Shown here piece after piece: positions 16,248 through 25,174 of a stretch of 40,784 nucleotides of DNA. The DNA is from an uncultured Candidatus Saccharibacteria bacterium. Its GTDB lineage: Bacteria > Patescibacteriota > Doudnabacteria > UBA920 > 2-02-FULL-46-11. How positions within the stretch are numbered: the stretch's first letter is position 1; each line of letters starts with the position of its first letter. The DNA is taken from the NCBI GenBank assembly GCA_964609765.1, contig CAZSSD010000001.1, positions 1 through 40,784 on the forward strand, in the 5' to 3' direction. Below the pieces are notes generated by a model. That model was not told the DNA's origin and searched no databases. It saw nothing but the letters and a program-made list of their open reading frames with translations. The position numbers were made by a program, and so were the translations under genes.

Positions 16248-16275
16248 GATACGTGATACGTGATACGTGATACGT
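16248..16275 (+). repeat. Tandem heptamer (GATACGT) x4
   Basis: There are four perfect head-to-tail copies at 16248-16254, 16255-16261, 16262-16268 and 16269-16275. They overlap the only in-frame GTG start (16260) of the downstream gene. Confidence 0.95.
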
Positions 16276-17285
16276 CAGCCTTGAGCCAATTCCGCCAAGA
16301 CAACATTACTAAAAAATGGGTGCTCATCGCGCCTAAACGGGCTTTGCGTCCGGACGCCTTAAATACCGAGCCGGCCATGCCTGATAATTTGCCGGAAGTA
16401 GACAGTGCCTGCGTTTTTTGTCCGGGCAACGAAAATTTAAATCCTGACACAATTTTAGTGATGCCCAATGAGAGAAAATGGAAGATCAGGGTAATCCCTA
16501 ATAAATTCGAGACGCTGTCGCATAAATTGGCCAAGCCTTTGGAAGGCGATCGGGGTGATTTTTATATTACCAGACCGGGCGTGGGCGATCATGAAGTAAT
16601 CATCATGCGGTCACATCAGAAGGTGTTGGCGTTGCAGGATTTGAGCGATATCGAGGAGGCGGTTAAAGCCTGGCAGGCACGCATGATTACTCTGCAGAAT
16701 CACGCCGAAGTGCGCTATATACACATTATTCAAAATCATGGCAAGCTTTCCGGCGCCACGGTCTTGCATCCGCATTTTCAGCTTTTCACATTGCCTTTTG
16801 TACCCAATCATCTGCAGGATGAACTGGCCGGCGCGGCCGGATTTTATAGAGAGCACGATAAATGTGTATATTGCGAATTAATCGACCGCGAACTTAAGGA
16901 CGGCCGGCGCGTCGTTTTTGACAGCCCGGACTTTATCGTTTTTTGCCTTTTTGCTTCCAAGGTACCCTTTCAACTGCGCGTAATTCCCAAAAAACACAGG
17001 GCGTCTTTCACAGACATCTCAAACTCCGAGCAAAAGGCTTTAGCTAAAACTCTCAAGGAGGTGTTGGCTAAAATTTACAAAAAGTTAAACAATCCTTCTT
17101 ATAATTTTTATATCCACACCATACCGCTTTGTACGCCTAAGCCCGCTTTTTGCGATCCGGCCAGTTACCACTGGCATTTGGAAATTCTACCGCGAATTAA
17201 TTATTGGGCGGGCTTTGAGCTTGGTACGGAAATATACGTAAATCCGGTGGCACCCGAAGATGCGGCGGAATTGCTGCGTCAGTAG
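16260..17285 (+). CDS. galT: Galactose-1-phosphate uridylyltransferase-like HIT-family nucleotidyltransferase
   Basis: WVLIAPKRALRP, the zinc motif CVFCPGNE and the active site HPHFQLF. The start is uncertain: GTG at 16260 or TTG at 16281. Confidence 0.8.
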   Translation: MIRDTSALSQFRQDNITKKWVLIAPKRALRPDALNTEPAMPDNLPEVDSACVFCPGNENLNPDTILVMPNERKWKIRVIPNKFETLSHKLAKPLEGDRGDFYITRPGVGDHEVIIMRSHQKVLALQDLSDIEEAVKAWQARMITLQNHAEVRYIHIIQNHGKLSGATVLHPHFQLFTLPFVPNHLQDELAGAAGFYREHDKCVYCELIDRELKDGRRVVFDSPDFIVFCLFASKVPFQLRVIPKKHRASFTDISNSEQKALAKTLKEVLAKIYKKLNNPSYNFYIHTIPLCTPKPAFCDPASYHWHLEILPRINYWAGFELGTEIYVNPVAPEDAAELLRQ

Positions 17286-17381
17286 TACCTTTCGAAGCCC
17301 GCTCGCGCTCCGGAGGTTTTCTTCAGGAGTAGTGTTAACTCGATATTTTTCTCGAGGATCATCTCCGCAGCGAAATAAAAA

Positions 17382-18110
17382 ATGAAATACTTAATAGGTA
17401 ATTGGAAAATGAATCCTGCCCGCGAAGAGGAAGCGGTAGAGCTCGCGGCCGGAATAGAGAAGGGCATATCGCCCGATCCGGACATGCAGATAGTTTTATG
17501 TCCGCCATTTCCGTATTTAAATTCCGTGCGGGCATGTTTGCGCCGAGCCGCGCTTGGCAGCCAGGATATTTCCGCCTTCGCGGGAGGTGCTTACACTGGC
17601 CAGGTTTCCGGCGCACAATTAAGTGATCTTGGTGTTAAATACTGCTTAGTCGGCCATTCCGAGCGCAGGCTGTATGCCCACGAAAGAGATGAAGACATTG
17701 CCCAAAAAATCAGACATTGCCTTAAGCATCAAATTGTACCCATACTTTGTCTGGGCGCCGGGCTTAAACCGGAGGATTCCGATGCTGTCATCCGGGCGAC
17801 TATCCGACGCCAATACGAAAACGCCACGCATGGTTTTTTTATCGAAAATATATTGCTAGCCTACGAACCAACCTGGGCAATTTCTACTTCAGGGTCAGGC
17901 CGCCTGCCGGATAATCACCATGTTACGGAAACGGCTAATTTCATGAGAGAGCTTATTGCCAAGGACCAAGTTAAAGAATACGCGGTTTTGTATGGCGGCA
18001 ACGTTAACGGGCATGATATTGGAAATTTTGTCGGTAGCGTCGATGGTTTTTTGGTCGGCCACGCCAGTTTAGATGAGCATGAATTTATACAAATGTCCAA
18101 AAATATATGA
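17382..18110 (+). CDS. tpiA: Triosephosphate isomerase
   Basis: IGNWKMN, VGHSERR, AYEPTWAI, YGGNV motifs. Confidence 0.95.
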   Translation: MKYLIGNWKMNPAREEEAVELAAGIEKGISPDPDMQIVLCPPFPYLNSVRACLRRAALGSQDISAFAGGAYTGQVSGAQLSDLGVKYCLVGHSERRLYAHERDEDIAQKIRHCLKHQIVPILCLGAGLKPEDSDAVIRATIRRQYENATHGFFIENILLAYEPTWAISTSGSGRLPDNHHVTETANFMRELIAKDQVKEYAVLYGGNVNGHDIGNFVGSVDGFLVGHASLDEHEFIQMSKNI

Positions 18111-18571
18111 CCATTTATATCGCTTCCGATCATGGCGGTTTTAAAATGAAGGAGACTGTCAGGGATTATTTGGCCGCGCAAGGCTTGGCCGTTGTCGATT
18201 TGGGCCCGCAGGCTTTGAATCCGGCCGATGATTATCCTCATTATGCCTTTGCCGTAGCCCAAGCCGTGGCATCTGATGAAGATGCCTTGGGCATCTTGCT
18301 TTGCCGCTCTGGGCAGGGTGTGAGCATAGTGGCCAATAAAGTGGATGGCGTGCGGGCGGCCTTGGCTTGGCATGAAGAGGGAGCCGAAGCGGGCCGGCGC
18401 GATGATCATGCCAATGTTTTAAGCTTGCCAAGCGATTATATCAGCGAGGATCAGGCTAAAAAAATTGTTGATAAGTGGCTGGCCACAGAACCGGGCAAAG
18501 CGGAGAGGTATTTGCGAAGAATAAGGGAGATAAGAGCAATTGAAGAAAATAATAAAAATTATTCTAATTGA
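18107..18571 (+). CDS. rpiB: Ribose-5-phosphate isomerase B (RpiB/LacAB family)
   Basis: IYIASDHGGFKMKE...GILLCRSGQGVSIVANK motifs. There is an ATGA overlap with tpiA. Confidence 0.92.
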   Translation: MTIYIASDHGGFKMKETVRDYLAAQGLAVVDLGPQALNPADDYPHYAFAVAQAVASDEDALGILLCRSGQGVSIVANKVDGVRAALAWHEEGAEAGRRDDHANVLSLPSDYISEDQAKKIVDKWLATEPGKAERYLRRIREIRAIEENNKNYSN

Positions 18572-18635
18572 CCTAAATGTTCTAATTATTCTAAATTTTT
18601 TACTCATCATTCTTTAGGTTAATTAGGTCAATTAG
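18564..18635 (+). repeat. AT-rich inverted repeat in the rpiB-rpe spacer
   Basis: Perfect 13-bp arms ctaattgacctaa (18564-18576) and ttaggtcaattag (18623-18635). The first arm contains the rpiB stop codon. Confidence 0.75.
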
Positions 18636-18649
18636 AAATCAGGTTAATT

Positions 18650-19306
18650 ATGAATATCATAGTTCCCGCCATATTAACGGATAGCCTTACTGACTTTACC
18701 GAGAAACTGGCCATGCTCGAAAGTTTTCCAAAGGTGACGCGTGTGCATATCGACTTTGCCGATCATCGCTTTGTGTCAAATGGGACTATTTTACCGGCCG
18801 TTCTGCCAAGCTTGCCAATTCAGTATGAATTTACCGCCCACTTAATGGTTTATGATCCGGAAAGTTATCTGCTCGATTTGCAAAGAGTTGGTTTTGAAAT
18901 AGCTTCCTTCCATTATGAAACTGCGGCCGGACTTTCGGAAGTTGAATATTTATCTAAAAAAATCAGGGCGCTGGGCCTAAAGCCCCAGTTAGCCATCAAT
19001 CCGGAAACGCCCGTCGAAGTTGTGATACCGCTCTTGAGGGAAATTGACCGTTTGCACATTATGGCAGTTGATCCCGGTTTTCAGGGCAGTCCTTATCATC
19101 ATGAAGAAGAGAAAATTACATTTTTGCGCAAACACGGTTTTTATGGCACGATAGTAGTAGATGGCGGTATAGACAAAAATAAGGTTCGCGCCCTTTTGGC
19201 GGCTGGTGCCGACCAATTAGTGGTCGGTTCGGCCATAATGCGAGCGCGTAATCCAAGAAAAGTTTATCTAGATTTACTCGAGGAGGCGGGAGAGGGTGTG
19301 CAATGA
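18650..19306 (+). CDS. rpe: Ribulose-phosphate 3-epimerase-like TIM-barrel protein
   Basis: HIDFAD..F, AHLMV and VVDGGI match the Rpe metal and phosphate motifs but are divergent. The pentose-phosphate context supports the call. Confidence 0.72.
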   Translation: MNIIVPAILTDSLTDFTEKLAMLESFPKVTRVHIDFADHRFVSNGTILPAVLPSLPIQYEFTAHLMVYDPESYLLDLQRVGFEIASFHYETAAGLSEVEYLSKKIRALGLKPQLAINPETPVEVVIPLLREIDRLHIMAVDPGFQGSPYHHEEEKITFLRKHGFYGTIVVDGGIDKNKVRALLAAGADQLVVGSAIMRARNPRKVYLDLLEEAGEGVQ

Positions 19307-20160
19307 TTTTAAAACCAAAGCCAGAATTAGAAATTAAAGCAATCGCCAACGAAATCCGCAAAGATATCATTAAGATGTTGCTTGCGGCAGGTTCAGGCCA
19401 CTCGGCCGGGCCGTTGGGCATGGCCGATATTTTTGCCGCGCTTTATTTTCAGGTTTTAAAACATGACCCTAAAAATCCCCGCTGGGCCGAGCGGGACAAA
19501 TTATTTTTATCTAACGGACACATTTGTCCGGTTTGGTATGCCACGCTTGCCCAGGCCGGCTATTTTCCCAGGGAAGAGCTGAAAACTTTGCGCAAACTTG
19601 GCACGCGTTTGCACGGCCATCCGCACAACTTGGCTTTGCCCGGCCTGGAAAATAGCGGCGGGCCGTTGGGCCAGGGCCTGTCACAAGCCATCGGTGCTGC
19701 TCTAGCGGCGCGGATGGACGGCAAAAAACAAAGGATCTATTGCTTGCTGTCAGACGGTGAACACGATGAGGGCCAAACTTGGGAGGCGGTCATGTTTGCG
19801 GGCAAATATCGTTTAAGTAATCTGACCGCGATTGTGGATCGCAACAACATTCAAATTGAAGGTTTTACGGAAAATGTTATGCCGCTCGAGCCGTTTGCCG
19901 AAAAGTACAAAGCTTTTAACTGGCATGTTTTAGAAATCGACGGCCACAACATAGAAGCGATCATCGATGCCTGCAATGAGGCTAAGGCTATTTATGAAAA
20001 ACCCACCGTCATAATAGCCCACACCATACCCGGCAAGGGTATCGATTTTATGGAAAATGACTATCATTGGCATGGCGCGCCGCCTAATAGCGAGCAAGCA
20101 AAGCTGGCCTTGAAGGAGCTGCGCACTTTGGGCGGCCAGATTAAGAGTGAGCATGAGTAA
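19303..20160 (+). CDS. Transketolase, N-terminal (TPP/pyrophosphate-binding) subunit
   Basis: GSGHSAGPLGMADIFAALYF, LSNGH, GPLGQGLSQAIG, LSDGEHDEGQTWEA motifs. At 285 aa it is half-length. Confidence 0.93.
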   Translation: MILKPKPELEIKAIANEIRKDIIKMLLAAGSGHSAGPLGMADIFAALYFQVLKHDPKNPRWAERDKLFLSNGHICPVWYATLAQAGYFPREELKTLRKLGTRLHGHPHNLALPGLENSGGPLGQGLSQAIGAALAARMDGKKQRIYCLLSDGEHDEGQTWEAVMFAGKYRLSNLTAIVDRNNIQIEGFTENVMPLEPFAEKYKAFNWHVLEIDGHNIEAIIDACNEAKAIYEKPTVIIAHTIPGKGIDFMENDYHWHGAPPNSEQAKLALKELRTLGGQIKSEHE

Positions 20161-20186
20161 TTGATATTGATAATTAATACAAGCTT

Positions 20187-21923
20187 ATGTCCTTTTTATT
20201 TTTTGTAGTTGCCATTATTTTGCTAATTTGGATCGTCAGGTTAAGCGGTCGCGTTGACCAACTTGAGAGGCGGATTTTTAGTGGCGGCCCAGTGCCCGGG
20301 ATACCGGTGGCGCCGGCCACGCCGCCACCGCCACCGGTGACGAGTTTGGCTGGCACAGCCTCGCCCATACCAATGCCGCAAATGCAGCCAAAATCTGATT
20401 TTGATTTTGCGGGTTGGCTGACCAAAGTGGGTGCTCTTGCCCTTATTTTGGGAGTCGGTTTTTTCTTAAAGTACGCCATTGATCAAGGTTGGATAGGCAT
20501 TGCCGGCCGTGTTGTTATCGGCCTTTTGATCGGCGCTTTTTTGGTAATTTTGTCTGAACTGTGGCGGGATAAATATAAAATGTATGCCCAAGCCCTTGGC
20601 GGCGGCGGTTTAGCTATCCTTTACTTCACGGTTTTTGCCGCCTCTCAATTTTACGCCTTGGTGCCGAGTATGGTGGGGGCAGGTTTAGCCTTGGCCGTTT
20701 CCGCCCTGGCTGTTTTCTTGGCCCATAAACGGGCATCGCTTGTTTTTGCCGCTTTAGCCGTGATCGGCGGTTATTTGTCGCCCATTATGTTTGAGGTTAA
20801 TCAGGCCAGTGCCATGACCGCATTGATCTTCCTGACCGTATTGAATTTGGCGGTGATCACAACACTTTTAAAAAAATATTGGCTGGGTCTGGTTTTTCTG
20901 GCTTTTGCCGGATCAGCCATCAATTATATTATCTGGGCTGTTGAAAACACCGGCGCTTTTGCGGTCATGCCCGCGCTTACCTTCCTGCTTATTTCCGCGG
21001 CCATTTTTATGCTTTTTGCGACGGCTTTTTATCGCCAAGAAGCAGATAATGCAGCCGCTGATTCAGGTGACGCGGCGGCCGGCGCTTATTATGCGTTGGT
21101 TGGGTTTTTCCACTTGATTGCCGTTTATGAGGCATTAAGCCCCGGCCAGGAAGGCTATCTTTTGCCCGCCGGACTGGTTATTGCCGCTTTAAGCTTTTTA
21201 GCCTACGCCCTATTTAATAACCCAAAGCTGAAGATCGCGAGCTTTGCCCTGTCTTTGGTGGGCAGCGCTTCTGTTTTTGCCGCTTTGGCCTGGCAATTTG
21301 AGGGCAAAATACTCGACCTCTTTATTTTGGCTCTGGCGCTGGTTTTAGCTCTTCTCGGTTTTCTGTTCAGACGACAGGAGTTGAGGTTGTGGGGACTGGC
21401 CGCTCTAGTTTTGGCTTTGTTAATGGTCTTATTTGAAGACCGTGCCGGCACCAGCTTGTTCCTATTTAATTCCAAATTTGGCCTGATTGCCCTCATTATC
21501 GTGATTTTCGGGATTATGGAGTGGCTTTACCGGAACCAACCCACGCCGGATTTTGAAAAAGAAATGCCGGCGGCCGTGCGGATCGCCTGGGCGGGTTTGA
21601 TTTGGTATGGTATCTCTTCGGAAATTGGCGAGTATTTCAGCAGTTCGGTCAATGTGCGTAATTTATTGTTGAGTTTCTGGTGGCTGGCTTATGCTACCTT
21701 GCTTTTAATTTACGGTTCGATTAAGCTCGATCTTATTCTGCGAAGGACGGGTTTGGTGTTGCTCGCGTTTACGGTTTTAAAGGTGTTTTTGTACGACATT
21801 CAGACCCTGGATACTGTTTATAAGACCATTGCCTTTGTCGTGCTGGGCGTGATTTTGTTGACAATGGCTTTTACTTATCAAAAAAACAAGGAAAAAATTA
21901 AACATTTCTGGCAGGGCAATTAA
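20187..21923 (+). CDS. Polytopic membrane protein (DUF2339-like architecture)
   Basis: The product is 578 aa. It has an N-terminal TM helix, a short LERRI helix, a Pro-rich linker (PATPPPPPV), and then more than 12 hydrophobic helices. The family assignment is from memory of this architecture only. Confidence 0.6.
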   Translation: MSFLFFVVAIILLIWIVRLSGRVDQLERRIFSGGPVPGIPVAPATPPPPPVTSLAGTASPIPMPQMQPKSDFDFAGWLTKVGALALILGVGFFLKYAIDQGWIGIAGRVVIGLLIGAFLVILSELWRDKYKMYAQALGGGGLAILYFTVFAASQFYALVPSMVGAGLALAVSALAVFLAHKRASLVFAALAVIGGYLSPIMFEVNQASAMTALIFLTVLNLAVITTLLKKYWLGLVFLAFAGSAINYIIWAVENTGAFAVMPALTFLLISAAIFMLFATAFYRQEADNAAADSGDAAAGAYYALVGFFHLIAVYEALSPGQEGYLLPAGLVIAALSFLAYALFNNPKLKIASFALSLVGSASVFAALAWQFEGKILDLFILALALVLALLGFLFRRQELRLWGLAALVLALLMVLFEDRAGTSLFLFNSKFGLIALIIVIFGIMEWLYRNQPTPDFEKEMPAAVRIAWAGLIWYGISSEIGEYFSSSVNVRNLLLSFWWLAYATLLLIYGSIKLDLILRRTGLVLLAFTVLKVFLYDIQTLDTVYKTIAFVVLGVILLTMAFTYQKNKEKIKHFWQGN

Positions 21924-21928
21924 CGGGC

Positions 21929-22915
21929 ATGGCGAATAAAGAAAAAAAAGGATCCAAAAATAACACTGGGGCAGGTTTAGAAGAAGTGCCTACGCGCAAC
22001 GGTTACGGCGAAGGGCTTTTAGAGCTGGGTGAGACTGACAAAGACGTAGTTGTGCTTTCGGCCGATCTGGCCGAATCGACACGAGCCTACGCGTTTGGTA
22101 GTAAATATCCGGAAAGGTTTTTTGAAGTAGGCGTGGCCGAACAAAATATGATGGGTATCGCGGCCGGTTTGGCGCTTTCTGGTAAAATTCCCTTTGTCTC
22201 AAGCTATGCCACTTTTAGTCCCGGCCGCAATTGGGATCAGTTGCGCGTTTCGGTTTGCTACAGCCTTGCCAACGTTAAAATTGCCGGTAGCCATAGCGGT
22301 CTTTCGGTGGGGCCCGACGGCGCTACCCATCAGGCCTTAGAAGATATTGCCATTACCCGCGTGCTGCCTAATTTAACCGTGGTCGTGCCTTGCGATTACC
22401 ATGAGGCCAGGAAGTGCACCGTGGCGGCCGCTTCTCACAAAGGACCTCTTTATTTCCGCTTGGGTCGCGAAAAAACGCCGGTCATCACGGACGCCGATGC
22501 GCCTTTTGAAATAGGCAAAGCCGTCGTTTTTAGGGAAGGCGCGGATGTCACGATTATTGGCGCGGGCCCGTTATTATATGAGGCGCTGCTCGCGGCCGAG
22601 GCGCTCGCCCAAAAGGGCATCGAGGCGGCTGTGATCAATTGCCACACTATCAAACCGATTGATAAAAAAACAATCGTCGCCCACGCCAAAAAAAGCGGCG
22701 CGGTTGTGACCGTCGAGGAGCACCAGATTTACGGGGGCTTGGGCAGCGCCGTGGCCGAGGTGCTTGCGCAAGAATATCCGGTGCCTATGGAAATGGTGGC
22801 TGTCCCTGACCAGTTCGGCGAATCTGGCCAACCGCATGAGCTGCTCGAAAAGTTTCAATTGCTTTCACCGGACATTGCCAGAGCCGCGGAAAGGGCCATT
22901 GCCAGAAAACAGTAA
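21929..22915 (+). CDS. Transketolase, C-terminal (pyrimidine-binding) subunit
   Basis: FFEVGVAEQNMMGIAAGLA, GSHSGLSVGPDGATHQALEDIA, VVTVEEH motifs. Confidence 0.93.
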   Translation: MANKEKKGSKNNTGAGLEEVPTRNGYGEGLLELGETDKDVVVLSADLAESTRAYAFGSKYPERFFEVGVAEQNMMGIAAGLALSGKIPFVSSYATFSPGRNWDQLRVSVCYSLANVKIAGSHSGLSVGPDGATHQALEDIAITRVLPNLTVVVPCDYHEARKCTVAAASHKGPLYFRLGREKTPVITDADAPFEIGKAVVFREGADVTIIGAGPLLYEALLAAEALAQKGIEAAVINCHTIKPIDKKTIVAHAKKSGAVVTVEEHQIYGGLGSAVAEVLAQEYPVPMEMVAVPDQFGESGQPHELLEKFQLLSPDIARAAERAIARKQ

Positions 22916-22929
22916 ATTAAGTTTAAGCA

Positions 22930-22958
22930 TTGACCAAAACAGTCGTACTCTTTATAAT
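22930..22958 (+). promoter_or_regulatory. Sigma70-type promoter
   Basis: TTGACC (22930-22935), a 17-nt spacer, then TATAAT (22953-22958). It lies 33 nt upstream of the ATG at 22992. Confidence 0.55.
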
Positions 22959-22991
22959 TATGCGTACGATAAATTTTAAATCCACATTGAT

Positions 22992-23984
22992 ATGCAATTG
23001 GTAATCCCTTTAGCAGGACTGGGCACTAGACTTCGTCCCCATACCCACCTTACGGCCAAACCATTAATCCGCGTGGCTGGCAAGGAAGTGATCGGTCATA
23101 TTTTAGATGCAGTCAGATCGCTGGGCGTGGATGAAGTTATTTTTATCGTCAGTCATTTTCAGAGTAAAATTGAGGATTACCTCAAAAGAGAGTATGCCCA
23201 CCTCAAGCCAACCTTTGTAGTCCAGAATGAGTTAAAGGGTACGGCCCACGCGCTTAAATTGGTGGAGCCCTATATTCACGAAGATGTTTTAATAATTTTT
23301 TCTGATACCATTTTTAATGCCAATCTGGATGTGATCAGGAACCTGCCGGCTGATCTGGCTGGAATAATTTGGACCAAGGAAGTCGAGGATTATCAGCGTT
23401 TCGGCGTCATCGTTGCCGATGAAAATGGGTTTATTAAAAATATAATTGAAAAGCCGCAGGAACCGATTTCAAAATTGGCCAATATAGGCTTGTATTATTT
23501 TCGTGACTGGAAATTATTTTTTGCCGGCGTCAATGTTGTTTTAAACCGGCCCTTATTGGATGTCCAGGAATATCACATGATTGATGCCATCCAGTATATG
23601 GCGGATAAAGGTGCTAAATTACAGACGATGGAGGTTGAAGAATGGTTGGATTGCGGCAAAATCGAGACGGTTTTGGATACCAATCGCCGGCTTTTAGAAA
23701 AAGGGTTTGCCACCGATATCGCGAGCCGGGCCGGGGTTATTATTCATGAGCCGGTCATGATTGCCCCAGAGGTCGTCTTGGAAGATGTCGAAATTGGCCC
23801 CAATGTCACCATTGAATCAGGGGCTGTCATTAAGTCATCAAAAATATCAGATTCAATAGTCGGGCAGCGCGCTCACATCGAGAGTTCGCATTTATCTGAA
23901 TCCTTAATCGGCGCTGACGCGCAAATTCATGCCATCCGGGGCAGTATCAATGTGGCTGACCACTCGAAGGTTATCGGGAAGTAA
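22992..23984 (+). CDS. Sugar-1-phosphate nucleotidyltransferase with C-terminal hexapeptide-repeat domain
   Basis: N-terminal IPLAGLGTRLRP...KPLIRVAGKEVI (GxGTRxxP motif). The C-terminus has I/V-G-x periodic left-handed beta-helix repeats. Confidence 0.85.
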   Translation: MQLVIPLAGLGTRLRPHTHLTAKPLIRVAGKEVIGHILDAVRSLGVDEVIFIVSHFQSKIEDYLKREYAHLKPTFVVQNELKGTAHALKLVEPYIHEDVLIIFSDTIFNANLDVIRNLPADLAGIIWTKEVEDYQRFGVIVADENGFIKNIIEKPQEPISKLANIGLYYFRDWKLFFAGVNVVLNRPLLDVQEYHMIDAIQYMADKGAKLQTMEVEEWLDCGKIETVLDTNRRLLEKGFATDIASRAGVIIHEPVMIAPEVVLEDVEIGPNVTIESGAVIKSSKISDSIVGQRAHIESSHLSESLIGADAQIHAIRGSINVADHSKVIGK

Positions 23985-24018
23985 CGGGTGAGTGGATTTT
24001 AAGAAAATATATTCATCC

Positions 24019-24042
24019 AAAAGAGTCCGGGCGGGCTCTTTT
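24019..24042 (+). terminator. Intrinsic terminator
   Basis: A 10-bp stem aaaagagtcc/gggctctttt (one G-U pair) with loop gggc, followed by agtttgt. Confidence 0.5.
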
Positions 24043-24045
24043 AGT

Positions 24046-24075
24046 TTGTAATTCGGATAAGAAATATGTTATACT
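24046..24075 (+). promoter_or_regulatory. Promoter with extended -10
   Basis: TTGTAA (24046-24051), an 18-nt spacer ending in TGt, then TATACT (24070-24075). It lies 46 nt upstream of the ATG at 24122. Confidence 0.45.
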
Positions 24076-24121
24076 GAAGAGTAGTTTTAGGGTTTTTTGA
24101 GATCAAAACCAAAGTTAATAT

Positions 24122-25168
24122 ATGCAAAATAACGAGTTCGACATCATTAGCATCGGCGATGCCACCATCGACCATTTTATCTTTTTCCATGATGCCAATG
24201 TTAATTGCCAAATAAATAAAGAAATCTGCCAATTGCTCATAAACTACGGCGACAAGCTGCCGGTTGATAAATACTTAAGCCTGGTGGCCGGCAATGCCGC
24301 TAATAATGCCGTCGGTTCGGCTAGATTGGGCTTAAAGACCGCCTTTTACGTGGTTTTGGGCGATGATGAGCCGGGCCGTCGCATCAAACAGCAGCTGGAA
24401 ATAGAAGGTGTTGATCCCCGCTATATCCAATTGGTGCTGGGCGATGAAACCAACAATTCGTTTGTTTTGTCTTTTCAGGGCGAGCGCACCATTTTTGTTT
24501 ATCATGTCCACCACAAATACAGGCTGCCTGCGCTTGCTAAAACACAGTGGGTTTATTTGACTTCTACCGGTGCGGGTTTTGAGAATATGTTTGAGGAGGT
24601 TTTAAGTTATGTGCAAAAAAATGGCGTAAAATTGGCCTTCAATCCCGGAACTTTTCAGCTGCGCGGCGATGCCGCATTGCTGGCCAAAGTACTTAAGGCT
24701 TCAGAAGTGTTTTTTCTTAATGTCCAAGAAGCGCAACATGTTTTGAGCACTCATGAAACGAATATCAAGCTGCTTTTAACGGGCATCCGGGAGATGGGTA
24801 CGGCCATAGCCGTAATTACAGATGCCCATAATGGCGCTTATTGTTACGACGGCGAGCGCTTTTTGCATATTCCGGAATTTAATCATGATCGCGTGGAAAC
24901 AACGGGCGCGGGCGACTCGTTTGGCACGGCTTTTGTGGCCGCGCTGCATTATGGGGAGCCTTTAAGCGAGGCCTTGCGCTGGGCCAGCATCAACGCTAAT
25001 TCGGTGGTCCAGAAAATCGGTCCGCAGGCCGGACTTTTAACCAAGCGGGCCATCGAGCAGCGCTTACTGGCTAATCCTGATTATTTAGCTCGAAAATTAG
25101 GCAGTCAGCCCCTGCCTGACCAAGACCTGCCTGACCTTAATTTGCAGGCTGATCCCAAGGCCGCTTAA
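24122..25168 (+). CDS. PfkB-family carbohydrate kinase
   Basis: GGNAANNAVG-like N-terminal motif and C-terminal TTGAGDSFGTAF (the PfkB signature). The sugar specificity cannot be determined from sequence. Confidence 0.85.
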   Translation: MQNNEFDIISIGDATIDHFIFFHDANVNCQINKEICQLLINYGDKLPVDKYLSLVAGNAANNAVGSARLGLKTAFYVVLGDDEPGRRIKQQLEIEGVDPRYIQLVLGDETNNSFVLSFQGERTIFVYHVHHKYRLPALAKTQWVYLTSTGAGFENMFEEVLSYVQKNGVKLAFNPGTFQLRGDAALLAKVLKASEVFFLNVQEAQHVLSTHETNIKLLLTGIREMGTAIAVITDAHNGAYCYDGERFLHIPEFNHDRVETTGAGDSFGTAFVAALHYGEPLSEALRWASINANSVVQKIGPQAGLLTKRAIEQRLLANPDYLARKLGSQPLPDQDLPDLNLQADPKAA

Positions 25169-25174
25169 AGATAA

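Noticed and set aside
16049-16534. 161-aa minus-strand ORF bridging ruvX, the spacer and galT.
   Set aside because: It is antisense to two well-supported genes and crosses the heptamer repeat. No supporting signals are present.
17915-18409. 164-aa minus-strand ORF opposite tpiA and rpiB. Similar antisense ORFs lie opposite gap (26250..26678), gpmI (30161..30559) and recJ (31425..31838).
   Set aside because: These are shadow ORFs within strongly motif-supported genes.
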